Positions 1 to 7,958 of a DNA stretch of 64,000 nucleotides are shown here, one piece after another (the stretch's first letter is position 1; each line of letters begins with the position of its first letter). Under the pieces are notes generated by a model. That model was not told the DNA's origin. It did no database searches and saw only the letters and a program-made list of their open reading frames with translations. The position numbers and the translations under genes were made by a program. Source of the stretch: Deltaproteobacteria bacterium (GTDB taxonomy: Bacteria; Desulfobacterota; Desulfobacteria; Desulfobacterales; JAFDMD01); contig JAFDMF010000006.1 in NCBI GenBank assembly GCA_019306065.1, forward strand, positions 23,519 through 87,518, in the 5' to 3' direction.

Positions 1-47
1 TGATCAAGCCAAAAAGGCGTCTTTTTTTCCAATACTTCCGGTTCCAT
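1..47 (-). CDS. 5' end of probable amino-acid ABC permease (AapQ/BztB-like), runs off window
   Basis: ATG at 47-45 gives MEPEVLEKKTPFWLD...; lies downstream of and co-oriented with the aapJ-like gene. Confidence 0.55.
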   Translation of the reverse strand, partial: MEPEVLEKKTPFWLD

Positions 48-67
48 AAGCTTATATTTCGAGCAGG

Positions 68-250
68 AGATGTTCAAAGTTTATTTACGTAGCGGCTCTT
101 ATCGCTGAGGAAACAATTTTTAATAAGTTTTGCGTTAAAGCAACCCGAACTGTTTGAAAGAACGAAGCTTGAGTTTTCATATTCTAACCAAAACGCAGTC
201 AAAAATCCGAAGCGATAAGCAAAAAGCGGAGCAAACAAACTTGAACATCT
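68..250. repeat. Family E long imperfect palindrome (full copy)
   Basis: Arms agatgttcaa...cttatcgct / agcgataag...ttgaacatct; left arm recurs at 30298-30343 and 60301-60345. Confidence 0.75.
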
Positions 251-281
251 ACTTTTTTAATAATTTACTACAGGCAACTAT

Positions 282-386
282 TTTATTTTGCTTGAGTTTA
301 CGGCGGATAAAAATTTTAACCGCAGGAATAATAAAAGTATTTCGAGGAATAAAATTTCATCTGCCTCCGAAATCAAGTAAAAAGAA
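282..386 (+). repeat. Family D ERIC/RPE-like palindromic element (eroded ends)
   Basis: Core ggcggataaaaattttaaccgcaggaata-N-gtatttcgagga shared with the copies at 12962, 23697, 30118, 34056 and 53151. Confidence 0.85.
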
Positions 387-410
387 GACCTATTTCTACA
401 GGAATAAATT

Positions 411-1424
411 TTATCTGAAAGGAGGAGCATACATAAGCCCGCCTTCCGTCCATAAAGCGTTAAACCCGCGCTTTATGCCCAGCGAAGTATTTTCGCCTAC
501 ATTCCGCTCAAAAATCTCTCCGTAATTTCCAACCTGTTTTACTATATTGTATGCCCACTTATCACTTAATCCCAAAGCTTCTCCCATTCCGGGAATAACC
601 CCTAAAAAGCGCTTTATTTCCGGATTCTCGCTATTAAGCTTTTTATCTGCATTTGCAGAGGTTATCCCGAATTCTTCGGCGTTGATCAATGCCATTACCG
701 CAAAATTGACAATATCAAACCATTGATCATCTCCATGTCTTACTGCCGGAGCAAGAGGTTCTTTCGATATTATTTCGGGCAGAATTTCATAATCATTCGG
801 ATTAGGAGCTACGGCGCGTTGCCCCGCCAGCTGGGAAGCGTCTGATGTAAGGCAGTCGCATCTTCCGGAAAAAAAAGCTTTGTTTAACTCGGCGCTCTGC
901 TCAATTACAACAGGCTTCCAATCCATTTTGTTAGTACGGAAAAAGTCCGCCACATTCATTTCGGTAGTAGTGCCGGGCAAAACGCATATTGTTGCTCCGC
1001 TCAACTCTTTCGCGCTTTTTATTCCAAGCTTTTTAGGAACCAAAAAACCCTGTCCGTCATAATAATTAACATGAACAAAATTTATTCCGTTGGTTGTCTC
1101 TCTCGTTAGCGTCCGGGTAGTGTTTCGGCATAATACGTCTATCTCTTTGGACTGAAGAGCCGTAAGACGTTGGACAGCAGTTAAAGGAATAAATTCCACT
1201 TTCGAAGTGTCTCCGAATATTGCGGCTGCAATCGCTTTTGCCGTATCAACGTCAAGTCCCTTCCAAACCCCCTTGTCGTTCGGCATGCCAAATCCAAAAA
1301 CAGAACCGTTAACTCCCGCCTTAATATAACCTCTTTTTTTAACCTCGTCTAATGTTCCAGCCGCGCATACTACGGCAAACGCTACCAATACAACCGATAA
1401 CAAAATAGCTTTTAAATAACGCAT
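411..1424 (-). CDS. aapJ: General L-amino acid ABC transporter substrate-binding protein
   Basis: Signal peptide; YYDGQGFLV, ISKEPLAPAVRHGDDQW and C-terminal GGLMYAPPFR typical of AapJ/BztA. Confidence 0.92.
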   Translation of the reverse strand: MRYLKAILLSVVLVAFAVVCAAGTLDEVKKRGYIKAGVNGSVFGFGMPNDKGVWKGLDVDTAKAIAAAIFGDTSKVEFIPLTAVQRLTALQSKEIDVLCRNTTRTLTRETTNGINFVHVNYYDGQGFLVPKKLGIKSAKELSGATICVLPGTTTEMNVADFFRTNKMDWKPVVIEQSAELNKAFFSGRCDCLTSDASQLAGQRAVAPNPNDYEILPEIISKEPLAPAVRHGDDQWFDIVNFAVMALINAEEFGITSANADKKLNSENPEIKRFLGVIPGMGEALGLSDKWAYNIVKQVGNYGEIFERNVGENTSLGIKRGFNALWTEGGLMYAPPFR

Positions 1425-1692
1425 ACCCTCTCCTTTCTTTTCATTTTAAATTGTTAAATACTATTCGCTAAATTGCATTTATTTAATCAAATCAACCCCA
1501 TTAACCAAATACAACTTAAATTTTTCATAGTCAAATGGAAATTGGCAATATTTTATATGTACTACGGCATGTCAAATTATCAATTTTTACAAAAAAAAAC
1601 CTATATAACTATGTTATGGAAACAAAAAAGAATAATTACGAAACGAAGACAGTAGAACGCAGAGCAGAGACAGGTTAAAAGGAAATAATAAA

Positions 1693-1802
1693 GGGATTTC
1701 TCACTTCGCTCAAAATGACAAGCTTCTTGTTTCAACAGACGTTTAATGTCAATAAACGATTTTTTGCCATGTCATTTCTAATATCACAGCGAGGAAAAAT
1801 CT
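1693..1802. repeat. Family B paired repeat (GGATTTCTCGCTTCGCTCGAAATGACA type plus inverted partner)
   Basis: gggatttctcacttcgctcaaaatgaca at 1693-1720 and degenerate tgtcatttc...gaggaaaaatct at 1770-1802. Confidence 0.7.
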
Positions 1803-1868
1803 GATAATAAAATTATATTTCGGAAAATTAAAAAAATTGATGGGAAAAAAAGACAGAATTTATATAAA

Positions 1869-1909
1869 AATATAAAAGGGATTCGAATTTATCGTATCCC
1901 TTTTATATT
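1869..1909 (-). terminator. Intrinsic terminator-like hairpin after comEA
   Basis: aatataaaagggat / atcccttttatatt perfect 14-bp arms, 15 nt after the comEA stop. Confidence 0.65.
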
Positions 1910-1923
1910 AATTTTTTTATTGA

Positions 1924-2262
1924 TTATTCCGCTTTTTCATCTTCCGATTTATCTTTTTTGCCTTCTTTTGCAACAGCAGCGTCAACAGTAATCATATCTT
2001 TATTATCTTCAAAAATCTGATCGCCTATTCCGGATACTTTCTTAATATCTTCAGTAGTTGCAAAAGGTCCGTTTTGTTCGCGATATTCGATAACTTTTTC
2101 TGCAATAGCAGGTCCAATTCCTTTCAAAGTTGCCAGCTCTTCGGCGGTTGCGGTATTAACATTTACTTTTACCGCATCGGAAGAAAAAGCGGGCGCTGCA
2201 AAAATCATAAACGCAATTAAAACAGCACAAAATACTTTTCCTAATTTATACATTCGTTTCAC
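1924..2262 (-). CDS. comEA: ComEA-family helix-hairpin-helix DNA-binding protein
   Basis: Signal peptide then VNVNTATAEELATLKGIGPAIAEKVIEYREQNGPF...VSGIG. Confidence 0.9.
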   Translation of the reverse strand: MKRMYKLGKVFCAVLIAFMIFAAPAFSSDAVKVNVNTATAEELATLKGIGPAIAEKVIEYREQNGPFATTEDIKKVSGIGDQIFEDNKDMITVDAAVAKEGKKDKSEDEKAE

Positions 2263-2281
2263 CCCCTTTCAAACTTAGCCG

Positions 2282-2327
2282 ATTTTATATATAATTATAA
2301 TTTTGTCAACAAAATTGTAATTATATA
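2282..2327 (-). promoter_or_regulatory. sigma70-like promoter of comEA overlapped by a 19-bp-arm inverted repeat
   Basis: TTGACA(2309-2304)-N16-TAAAAT(2287-2282); arms 2288-2306 and 2309-2327 with one mismatch. Confidence 0.5.
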
Positions 2328-2350
2328 AAAATATACAACTCTCTATTTTT

Positions 2351-2473
2351 TTAATAAATCTCTTGCGCATCTGCATAAGCTTTCAACAAAGCGTTAATAC
2401 AAGTCTGATAACCTTTACCCTGCTTTTTAAACCAATTTAAAACATCCGTATCTATTCTTAAAGTTACTTGCGT
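2351..2473 (-). pseudogene. BrnA (DUF4415) antitoxin C-terminal fragment
   Basis: Translates as TQVTLRIDTDVLNWFKKQGKGYQTCINALLKAYADAQEIY*, the BrnA pattern; in-frame TAA directly upstream, no start codon, no brnT. Confidence 0.8.
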
Positions 2474-2624
2474 TTATTTTCCCGAAAAATCGGCTTAAAA
2501 TTTTTTATGTTTATCTTTATTAACTTCAGATCGCCAAACCCCAAAAAATTATTATTGACAACCTATTAATTTTACATAATAAAATTCTCTTAATAACCTC
2601 TATCCATTAAGGAGAAAAAATATA

Positions 2625-4724
2625 ATGGCTAAAGAAAAAAATCGATTTAACGTAGATACAAAACGGGTTACTTTAGATGATCTGTATCTTGATCCGAATA
2701 ACTACCGTTTAATCCACGAAACAGCTTATGAAAAGGTTTGCGAAAAAAATATAAATAATAACTTAGTCCAGAGTAGGACATTTAAATTAATAACAAAAGA
2801 AAAAAATCAAAATATTTCAGATCTGATTGATAGTTTTAAATCCAACGGTTATTTGCCGGTAGATCAAATACAAGTTCGTCTTTTAGACGGCGGAGGCTAT
2901 GTGGTGGTAGAGGGCAACCGCCGTATAGCCGCTTTAAAACATCTTAAAAACAACCATGAAGAAAATAAAATTGATCTGAATAAACTTGATTCTAATATTT
3001 TCAATAACGTTCCCGTAGTATTATATGAAGACGGCGACGAGATGCATTATTTAACATTAATGGGACTTAAGCATATCAGCGGAAATAAAAAATGGGGGGA
3101 ATGGAATCAGGCAAAACTTCTTGAAAAACTATCTGTTAATCATCAACTCTCCGAAGATGATATCTGTAAACAAGTTGCAATTTCAAAAACGGAACTAAGG
3201 CGTTCTTTACGAGCTCTTTCTTTTATTAAACAATATATTATTTCCGATTACGGCGATCAATTTGATGAAAGCAAGTTTTCGTTATTTCGAGAAATCGTAA
3301 GAAACTCCAAATTAAAAGCATGGTTAAAATGGAACGAAGAGAAAAAAAAAGCATTACATACCGAAAATACAGAACTCTTTTTTTCTTGGATATCCAAAGA
3401 GCCGAATGAAGAGGAGGATGAAGAAGAAGATATATCTTACGCAGATAAATATAAAGAACCGGCGTTAACAAAACGAGACGATATAAGAACTTTGAGTAAG
3501 ATTATAAATGATCCTAAAGCCATTGAACGTCTTAAAGAAACCAGAAATATAACCGAAACGTACAGTTTAAGCGACATAGTATTCAGAGAGCGTCAAAAAA
3601 AAACAATCGAACATCTAACAAGAGAAATTGACACTTTGGAACAGATGACAATTGAACAGAAAAGGCTGCCGGAAATTGAATCCGCTTTGGGACGTCTTAA
3701 AAGCATAATAGATAAATCAAAAGTATCCGATCCTTTTGGCGGGGTGGAAGCAAAAACCGTATTTTTTGACAGGCTTGACAATCATTTTTCGGAACTTGTT
3801 ATACCAGACTATAAACGGTTACAAAATATAAAAATTTCAAGGTTATCCCGTATAAATCTTTTTACCGGTATAAACAACTCCGGCAAAACCACTCTGCTTG
3901 AAGCCGTTTATCTGCTTTGCCGACAGAATGATTTTTCAGGTCTGTTTGAAACGATTCGACGCAGAGGGAAAATATCCAAAGAACGTCTTAATACTAAATG
4001 GTTTGTAGAACAACTACCGAAAAAGCTTGAAATACAAGGCAACTTTGATAATAAAATCTCAAAGCTAATTATACAACGCCGCGAAGAACAAAATGCAAAA
4101 ATTGACAGAGCGCGTTATCTTGAAAGCGTTGAGATAAACGCGGAGTATATGGGCAAAAAACAAAAATCTCTAACTCGAATATTTAAAGAAAGTAGGGAAA
4201 CCAAAGCAAAAAGTATAAAAATTTTATGCCCGTCCGTTTTTAGCAGCCCGTTTTTTTTAAACGAACCGCATCGGTATGCATCATTTTATCATAAAAGCGT
4301 CCAATCCAAAGCCCTGCCTAAAATATTAGAATTCATTAAAACAAATATATTAACAACCCTTGAAGATATTAGGCTGGTTGACGAATGGCAGCGCTTTTTG
4401 GTTTCGGATCAACAATATCCCGGCGCCATAGATATTACAAGATACGGCGAAGGAATACTTAGAATATTTTTTATATCCCTACTGTTTGCTTCCGCGCAAA
4501 ACGGCGTTATTCTTATTGACGAGTTTGAAAATGCAATACATACCGAACTGATAAGCTCTTTTACCAAATTTATTTGCGAACTCTCCGAAATCTTTAATAC
4601 TCAAGTATTTTTAACTACTCATAGTAAAGAGTGCATTGACGCTTTTGTAAAAAATGAATTCGGCGGAAAAGAATTTAAAAAACTTATCGAAGCCGGCAAT
4701 GTTGATCTGAGAAAGGCGAGATAA
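2625..4724 (+). CDS. ParB/Srx-domain + ABC (AAA_15/AAA_21-type) ATPase fusion, putative defence protein
   Basis: LDPNNYRL and VVEGNRRIAALK (ParB/Srx); Walker A GINNSGKT, Walker B ILIDEFEN, TTHS; AGGAG RBS. Confidence 0.8.
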   Translation: MAKEKNRFNVDTKRVTLDDLYLDPNNYRLIHETAYEKVCEKNINNNLVQSRTFKLITKEKNQNISDLIDSFKSNGYLPVDQIQVRLLDGGGYVVVEGNRRIAALKHLKNNHEENKIDLNKLDSNIFNNVPVVLYEDGDEMHYLTLMGLKHISGNKKWGEWNQAKLLEKLSVNHQLSEDDICKQVAISKTELRRSLRALSFIKQYIISDYGDQFDESKFSLFREIVRNSKLKAWLKWNEEKKKALHTENTELFFSWISKEPNEEEDEEEDISYADKYKEPALTKRDDIRTLSKIINDPKAIERLKETRNITETYSLSDIVFRERQKKTIEHLTREIDTLEQMTIEQKRLPEIESALGRLKSIIDKSKVSDPFGGVEAKTVFFDRLDNHFSELVIPDYKRLQNIKISRLSRINLFTGINNSGKTTLLEAVYLLCRQNDFSGLFETIRRRGKISKERLNTKWFVEQLPKKLEIQGNFDNKISKLIIQRREEQNAKIDRARYLESVEINAEYMGKKQKSLTRIFKESRETKAKSIKILCPSVFSSPFFLNEPHRYASFYHKSVQSKALPKILEFIKTNILTTLEDIRLVDEWQRFLVSDQQYPGAIDITRYGEGILRIFFISLLFASAQNGVILIDEFENAIHTELISSFTKFICELSEIFNTQVFLTTHSKECIDAFVKNEFGGKEFKKLIEAGNVDLRKAR

Positions 4725-5087
4725 TGGAAAAAATCAACGCTCTTATCATATTTTGCGAAGGCGCGCATGACGTTGCATTCTGCCGTTTGGCATTTAAATA
4801 CCATTTTAATATTAATAAAATAAACTGGAAATTTTCCGAATACCCGGCTCCTTTAAATCAATTGTTTAAAACAAACATTAAAAAACATGCCGCTAAAGAT
4901 ATGAGTTTGGATATGGCGCATAAATTCTTTCTGCCGGATAAAACCCTATATAGCAAAGAGAAAAAAACCGGGTTCTTCAATGAACGTTATTATTGATCAG
5001 GCAAAATTAATCCCAAAAACAACATTTATAAATAATGAGGATGTTAAAAAATTCGTATCATTTATAAAAAATTTTGCAAAAATTTAA
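4724..5087 (+). pseudogene. DUF3226/TOPRIM-like partner gene with internal deletion and frameshift
   Basis: TAATG coupling; N-terminal IIFCEGAHD TOPRIM-type motif; a second frame from 4959 reads RKKPGSSMNVIIDQAKL...FIKNFAKI* like a natural C-terminus. Confidence 0.6.
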
Positions 5088-5117
5088 TAATCAAACTTAT
5101 CATAAAAAGGAAAACCT

Positions 5118-5951
5118 ATGACCGCCCCGTCTCGACAGAAAACCTTATACGCAATTTTCGGTAATCCGATAAACCATAGCATAAGTCCCGTTATACATAA
5201 CGCCGCCCTAAAAAATGCAAAAATAAACGGAATATATGCGGCTTTTAAAACTGAAACCGCTCAAGATGCCGTAAAAATGATAAAAGAATTAGACATTGCC
5301 GGAGCAAGCATAACAATTCCGCATAAAACCGATATAATAAAATATATTGATAAAATAGGAGAGACCGCTAAAGAAATAGGCGCCGTCAATACCGTTATAA
5401 ACGAAAACGGGCTTCTTTTCGGCACAAATACGGACGCCGGAGGCGCCATAAAAGCGCTTTTACAACATACCGAAATAGAAAATAAAAATATAGCCATACT
5501 CGGAGCCGGAGGCGCGGCAAGAGCGGTTATTTACGGCGTAAACTTCAAAAAAGGAAAAGTTACTCTATTAAACAGAACCGTAGACAAAGGGGAAAAACTT
5601 GCAAAAGAGTTTAACGTAAATTTTATGCCTCTTTCCGAAATAAACTCCGAAATAAAAAAACATAAGTTTGAAATCATCATAAATACCACAAGTCTTGGAA
5701 TGAAAGGATGCGAAGATCAATCTCCGATTAAAAAAGAGAGCCTTAACAAAGATATAATAGTTATGGATATAATATATAATCCCTTAAAAACAAAACTATT
5801 AAAATATGCGGAAGAAAAAGGTTGTAAAACAATAAACGGGGTTAGCATGCTTGTATATCAGGCGGCGTTACAATTCGAGCTTTTTGTAGGAATTCAAGCG
5901 CCCATAGACATAATGAAAAAAGCGGCTGAAGCAGCCTTGCCTGCGTCATAG
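5118..5951 (+). CDS. aroE: Shikimate dehydrogenase
   Basis: GNPINHSISP, SITIPHK, GAVNT, NTD, GAGGAARA. Confidence 0.95.
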   Translation: MTAPSRQKTLYAIFGNPINHSISPVIHNAALKNAKINGIYAAFKTETAQDAVKMIKELDIAGASITIPHKTDIIKYIDKIGETAKEIGAVNTVINENGLLFGTNTDAGGAIKALLQHTEIENKNIAILGAGGAARAVIYGVNFKKGKVTLLNRTVDKGEKLAKEFNVNFMPLSEINSEIKKHKFEIIINTTSLGMKGCEDQSPIKKESLNKDIIVMDIIYNPLKTKLLKYAEEKGCKTINGVSMLVYQAALQFELFVGIQAPIDIMKKAAEAALPAS

Positions 5952-5998
5952 CCGTAACGCCTTAAAAACACGCTTAAAGATTTCAAAGATTATATGTA

Positions 5999-7255
5999 AT
6001 GCTAAAAATAACTCCGAAAAAAATAAAAACAAACCTTGTAACCATACCCGGCTCAAAAAGCTATACCCACAGATTCCTTATAATCTCCGCATTATCAAAC
6101 GGAGTATGCGTCATAGCAAATCCGCTTAAAAGCGAAGACACCTTTTTAACCCTATCCGCATTAAAAAACTTAGGGATAAACATTGCCGAAGATAATAACA
6201 AAATCATCATAAACGGAACATCCGGCAAAATATACGCCCCCTCTTCTCCCATCTATTTAAAAGGATCAGGAACCTCCATCAGACTTTTAACCGCAGTATG
6301 TTGTTTGGGAAAAGGAAAATTTACGCTTGCCGGAAACAAAGCCCTTAGCTCGCGTCCTATAAACGATTTAATCTCGGCTCTTACGCAAATAGAAGTTTTG
6401 ATAAACTGCCCCGATAAACAAGGATTTCCTCCGTTGGAAATCATAGGAAATAAAAATATAGCCGGCGGAAAAGTAAATATAAAAGCGGGCAAAAGCAGTC
6501 AATACCTTTCGGCTCTACTTATGATCGCCCCTTATACAAAAAAAGGACTTGATATTACAGTTACGGACGAACCAGTATCAAAACCATACATAGATATAAC
6601 CATAGAGGCTATGAAACAGGCGGGCGTTAAAATAGAACGAGACGGTTATAAAAAATTTGTTATAAAAGGGGAGCAAACCTATAAAAACGGAACATATAAT
6701 ATCGAGCCGGACGCCTCCGCCGCCGGATACTTCTGGGCTGCCGCAGCTATAACAAAATCCTCCGTAACCGTAAAAAACCTTAATAAAGAATCAAAACAAG
6801 GAGATATAAACTTTCCTAAAATATTGGAACAAATGGGCTGTAAAATAAAATATACAAACAACGGAATAACCGTTACAGGCGCAAACCTTACAGGCATTCA
6901 AGCGGATATGTCCGATATGCCGGATATGGTTCCCACCCTTGCCATTGTAGCCGCTTTTGCCAAAGGGGAAACAATAATAAAAAATGTGGGACATCTTAAA
7001 ATAAAAGAAAGCGACAGATTAACCGCTATGGAGACGGAACTTAATAAAATAGGAATAAAGGCAAAAGCCTTTGAGGATAAACTTATAATAAAAGGCGGAA
7101 AGCCAAAAGGCGCCGCAATAACAACCTACGACGATCATAGAATAGCTATGAGCTTTGCCATAGCCGGACTTAAAACAGACGGCATAATAATAACCGACGA
7201 AAAATGCGTTGATAAGTCCTTCCCCGATTTTTGGAAAACATTTGAACGCCTTTAA
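5999..7255 (+). CDS. aroA: EPSP synthase
   Basis: PGSKS, SGTSIR, SSQYLSALL, KESDR, DDHRIAM, KSFPDF. Confidence 0.96.
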   Translation: MLKITPKKIKTNLVTIPGSKSYTHRFLIISALSNGVCVIANPLKSEDTFLTLSALKNLGINIAEDNNKIIINGTSGKIYAPSSPIYLKGSGTSIRLLTAVCCLGKGKFTLAGNKALSSRPINDLISALTQIEVLINCPDKQGFPPLEIIGNKNIAGGKVNIKAGKSSQYLSALLMIAPYTKKGLDITVTDEPVSKPYIDITIEAMKQAGVKIERDGYKKFVIKGEQTYKNGTYNIEPDASAAGYFWAAAAITKSSVTVKNLNKESKQGDINFPKILEQMGCKIKYTNNGITVTGANLTGIQADMSDMPDMVPTLAIVAAFAKGETIIKNVGHLKIKESDRLTAMETELNKIGIKAKAFEDKLIIKGGKPKGAAITTYDDHRIAMSFAIAGLKTDGIIITDEKCVDKSFPDFWKTFERL

Positions 7256-7331
7256 TAAACTTTATCCAATTAAACGAATACCATTACTAATAAAAAACCT
7301 ATAAAAACAATTTGCAGATAAGGATTAAAAT

Positions 7332-7958
7332 TTGAGCAAAACTCAAAAAATAAACAAAATAAAAAGTTGCGCGCAAATATACCTAATAGGATATCGAACC
7401 TCTGGCAAAACTACCGTAGGAAAAACTTTGGCAAAAGCGCTATCCCGCAAATTTATAGACTCCGACAAACAAATCATAAAACAAAACAACATGGACATAG
7501 CGGACATAGTAAAAAAATACGGCTGGGATTTTTTCAGACAACAGGAGAAAACCTTTATCAACTCCATAAATCCTTCGGATAAACTTATAATAGCTTTGGG
7601 AGGCGGAGCTATTATAGATTCCGACAACATAAAAACCGTAAAAAAAAACGGAACCATTATATTCCTTAAAACCTCGCCTGATATTATAAAAAAAAGACTT
7701 AAAAACGATAAAAAAACTTCACAAAACCGCCCTCCCCTTTCAAACGCAAATTCAAGCTGTTTGCATAACGCAGAAAACGGACAAAAGGAGAAGCTATGCA
7801 AACGGGTTACTATTAATGAAGTTGATAAAATACTTACAGAAAGAACGCCCATATACAACAAAGCGTCCGATCTTATAATAAATACCGACAACAAAACAAT
7901 CAAACAAATATGCCAAGAAATAAACAAATGTTTATACCTACCACAAAACAAGAATTAA
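7332..7958 (+). CDS. aroK: Shikimate kinase carrying a 19-aa repeat-derived insertion
   Basis: GYRTSGKTTVG, FRQQE, LGGG, RPPL, ERTPIY; start codon uncertain. Confidence 0.9.
   Translation: MSKTQKINKIKSCAQIYLIGYRTSGKTTVGKTLAKALSRKFIDSDKQIIKQNNMDIADIVKKYGWDFFRQQEKTFINSINPSDKLIIALGGGAIIDSDNIKTVKKNGTIIFLKTSPDIIKKRLKNDKKTSQNRPPLSNANSSCLHNAENGQKEKLCKRVTINEVDKILTERTPIYNKASDLIINTDNKTIKQICQEINKCLYLPQNKN
7752..7808 (+). repeat. Mini family D element inserted in frame in aroK
   Basis: gcataacgcagaaaacggacaaaaggagaagctatgcaa matches the D right arm (cf. reverse complement of 30122-30165, and 49461-49515); ends 7754-7769 / 7793-7808 are 13/16 complementary. Confidence 0.8.

Noticed and set aside
154-525. 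ORFs 154-525, 46839-47030, 21119-21304 and the N-terminal extension from 34172
   Set aside because: They are translations of repeat elements with no protein-family motifs.
7343-7951. Long antisense ORFs (e.g. 7343-7951, 25207-25785, 39564-40118, 36187-36594)
   Set aside because: Shadows of well-supported genes on the opposite strand.
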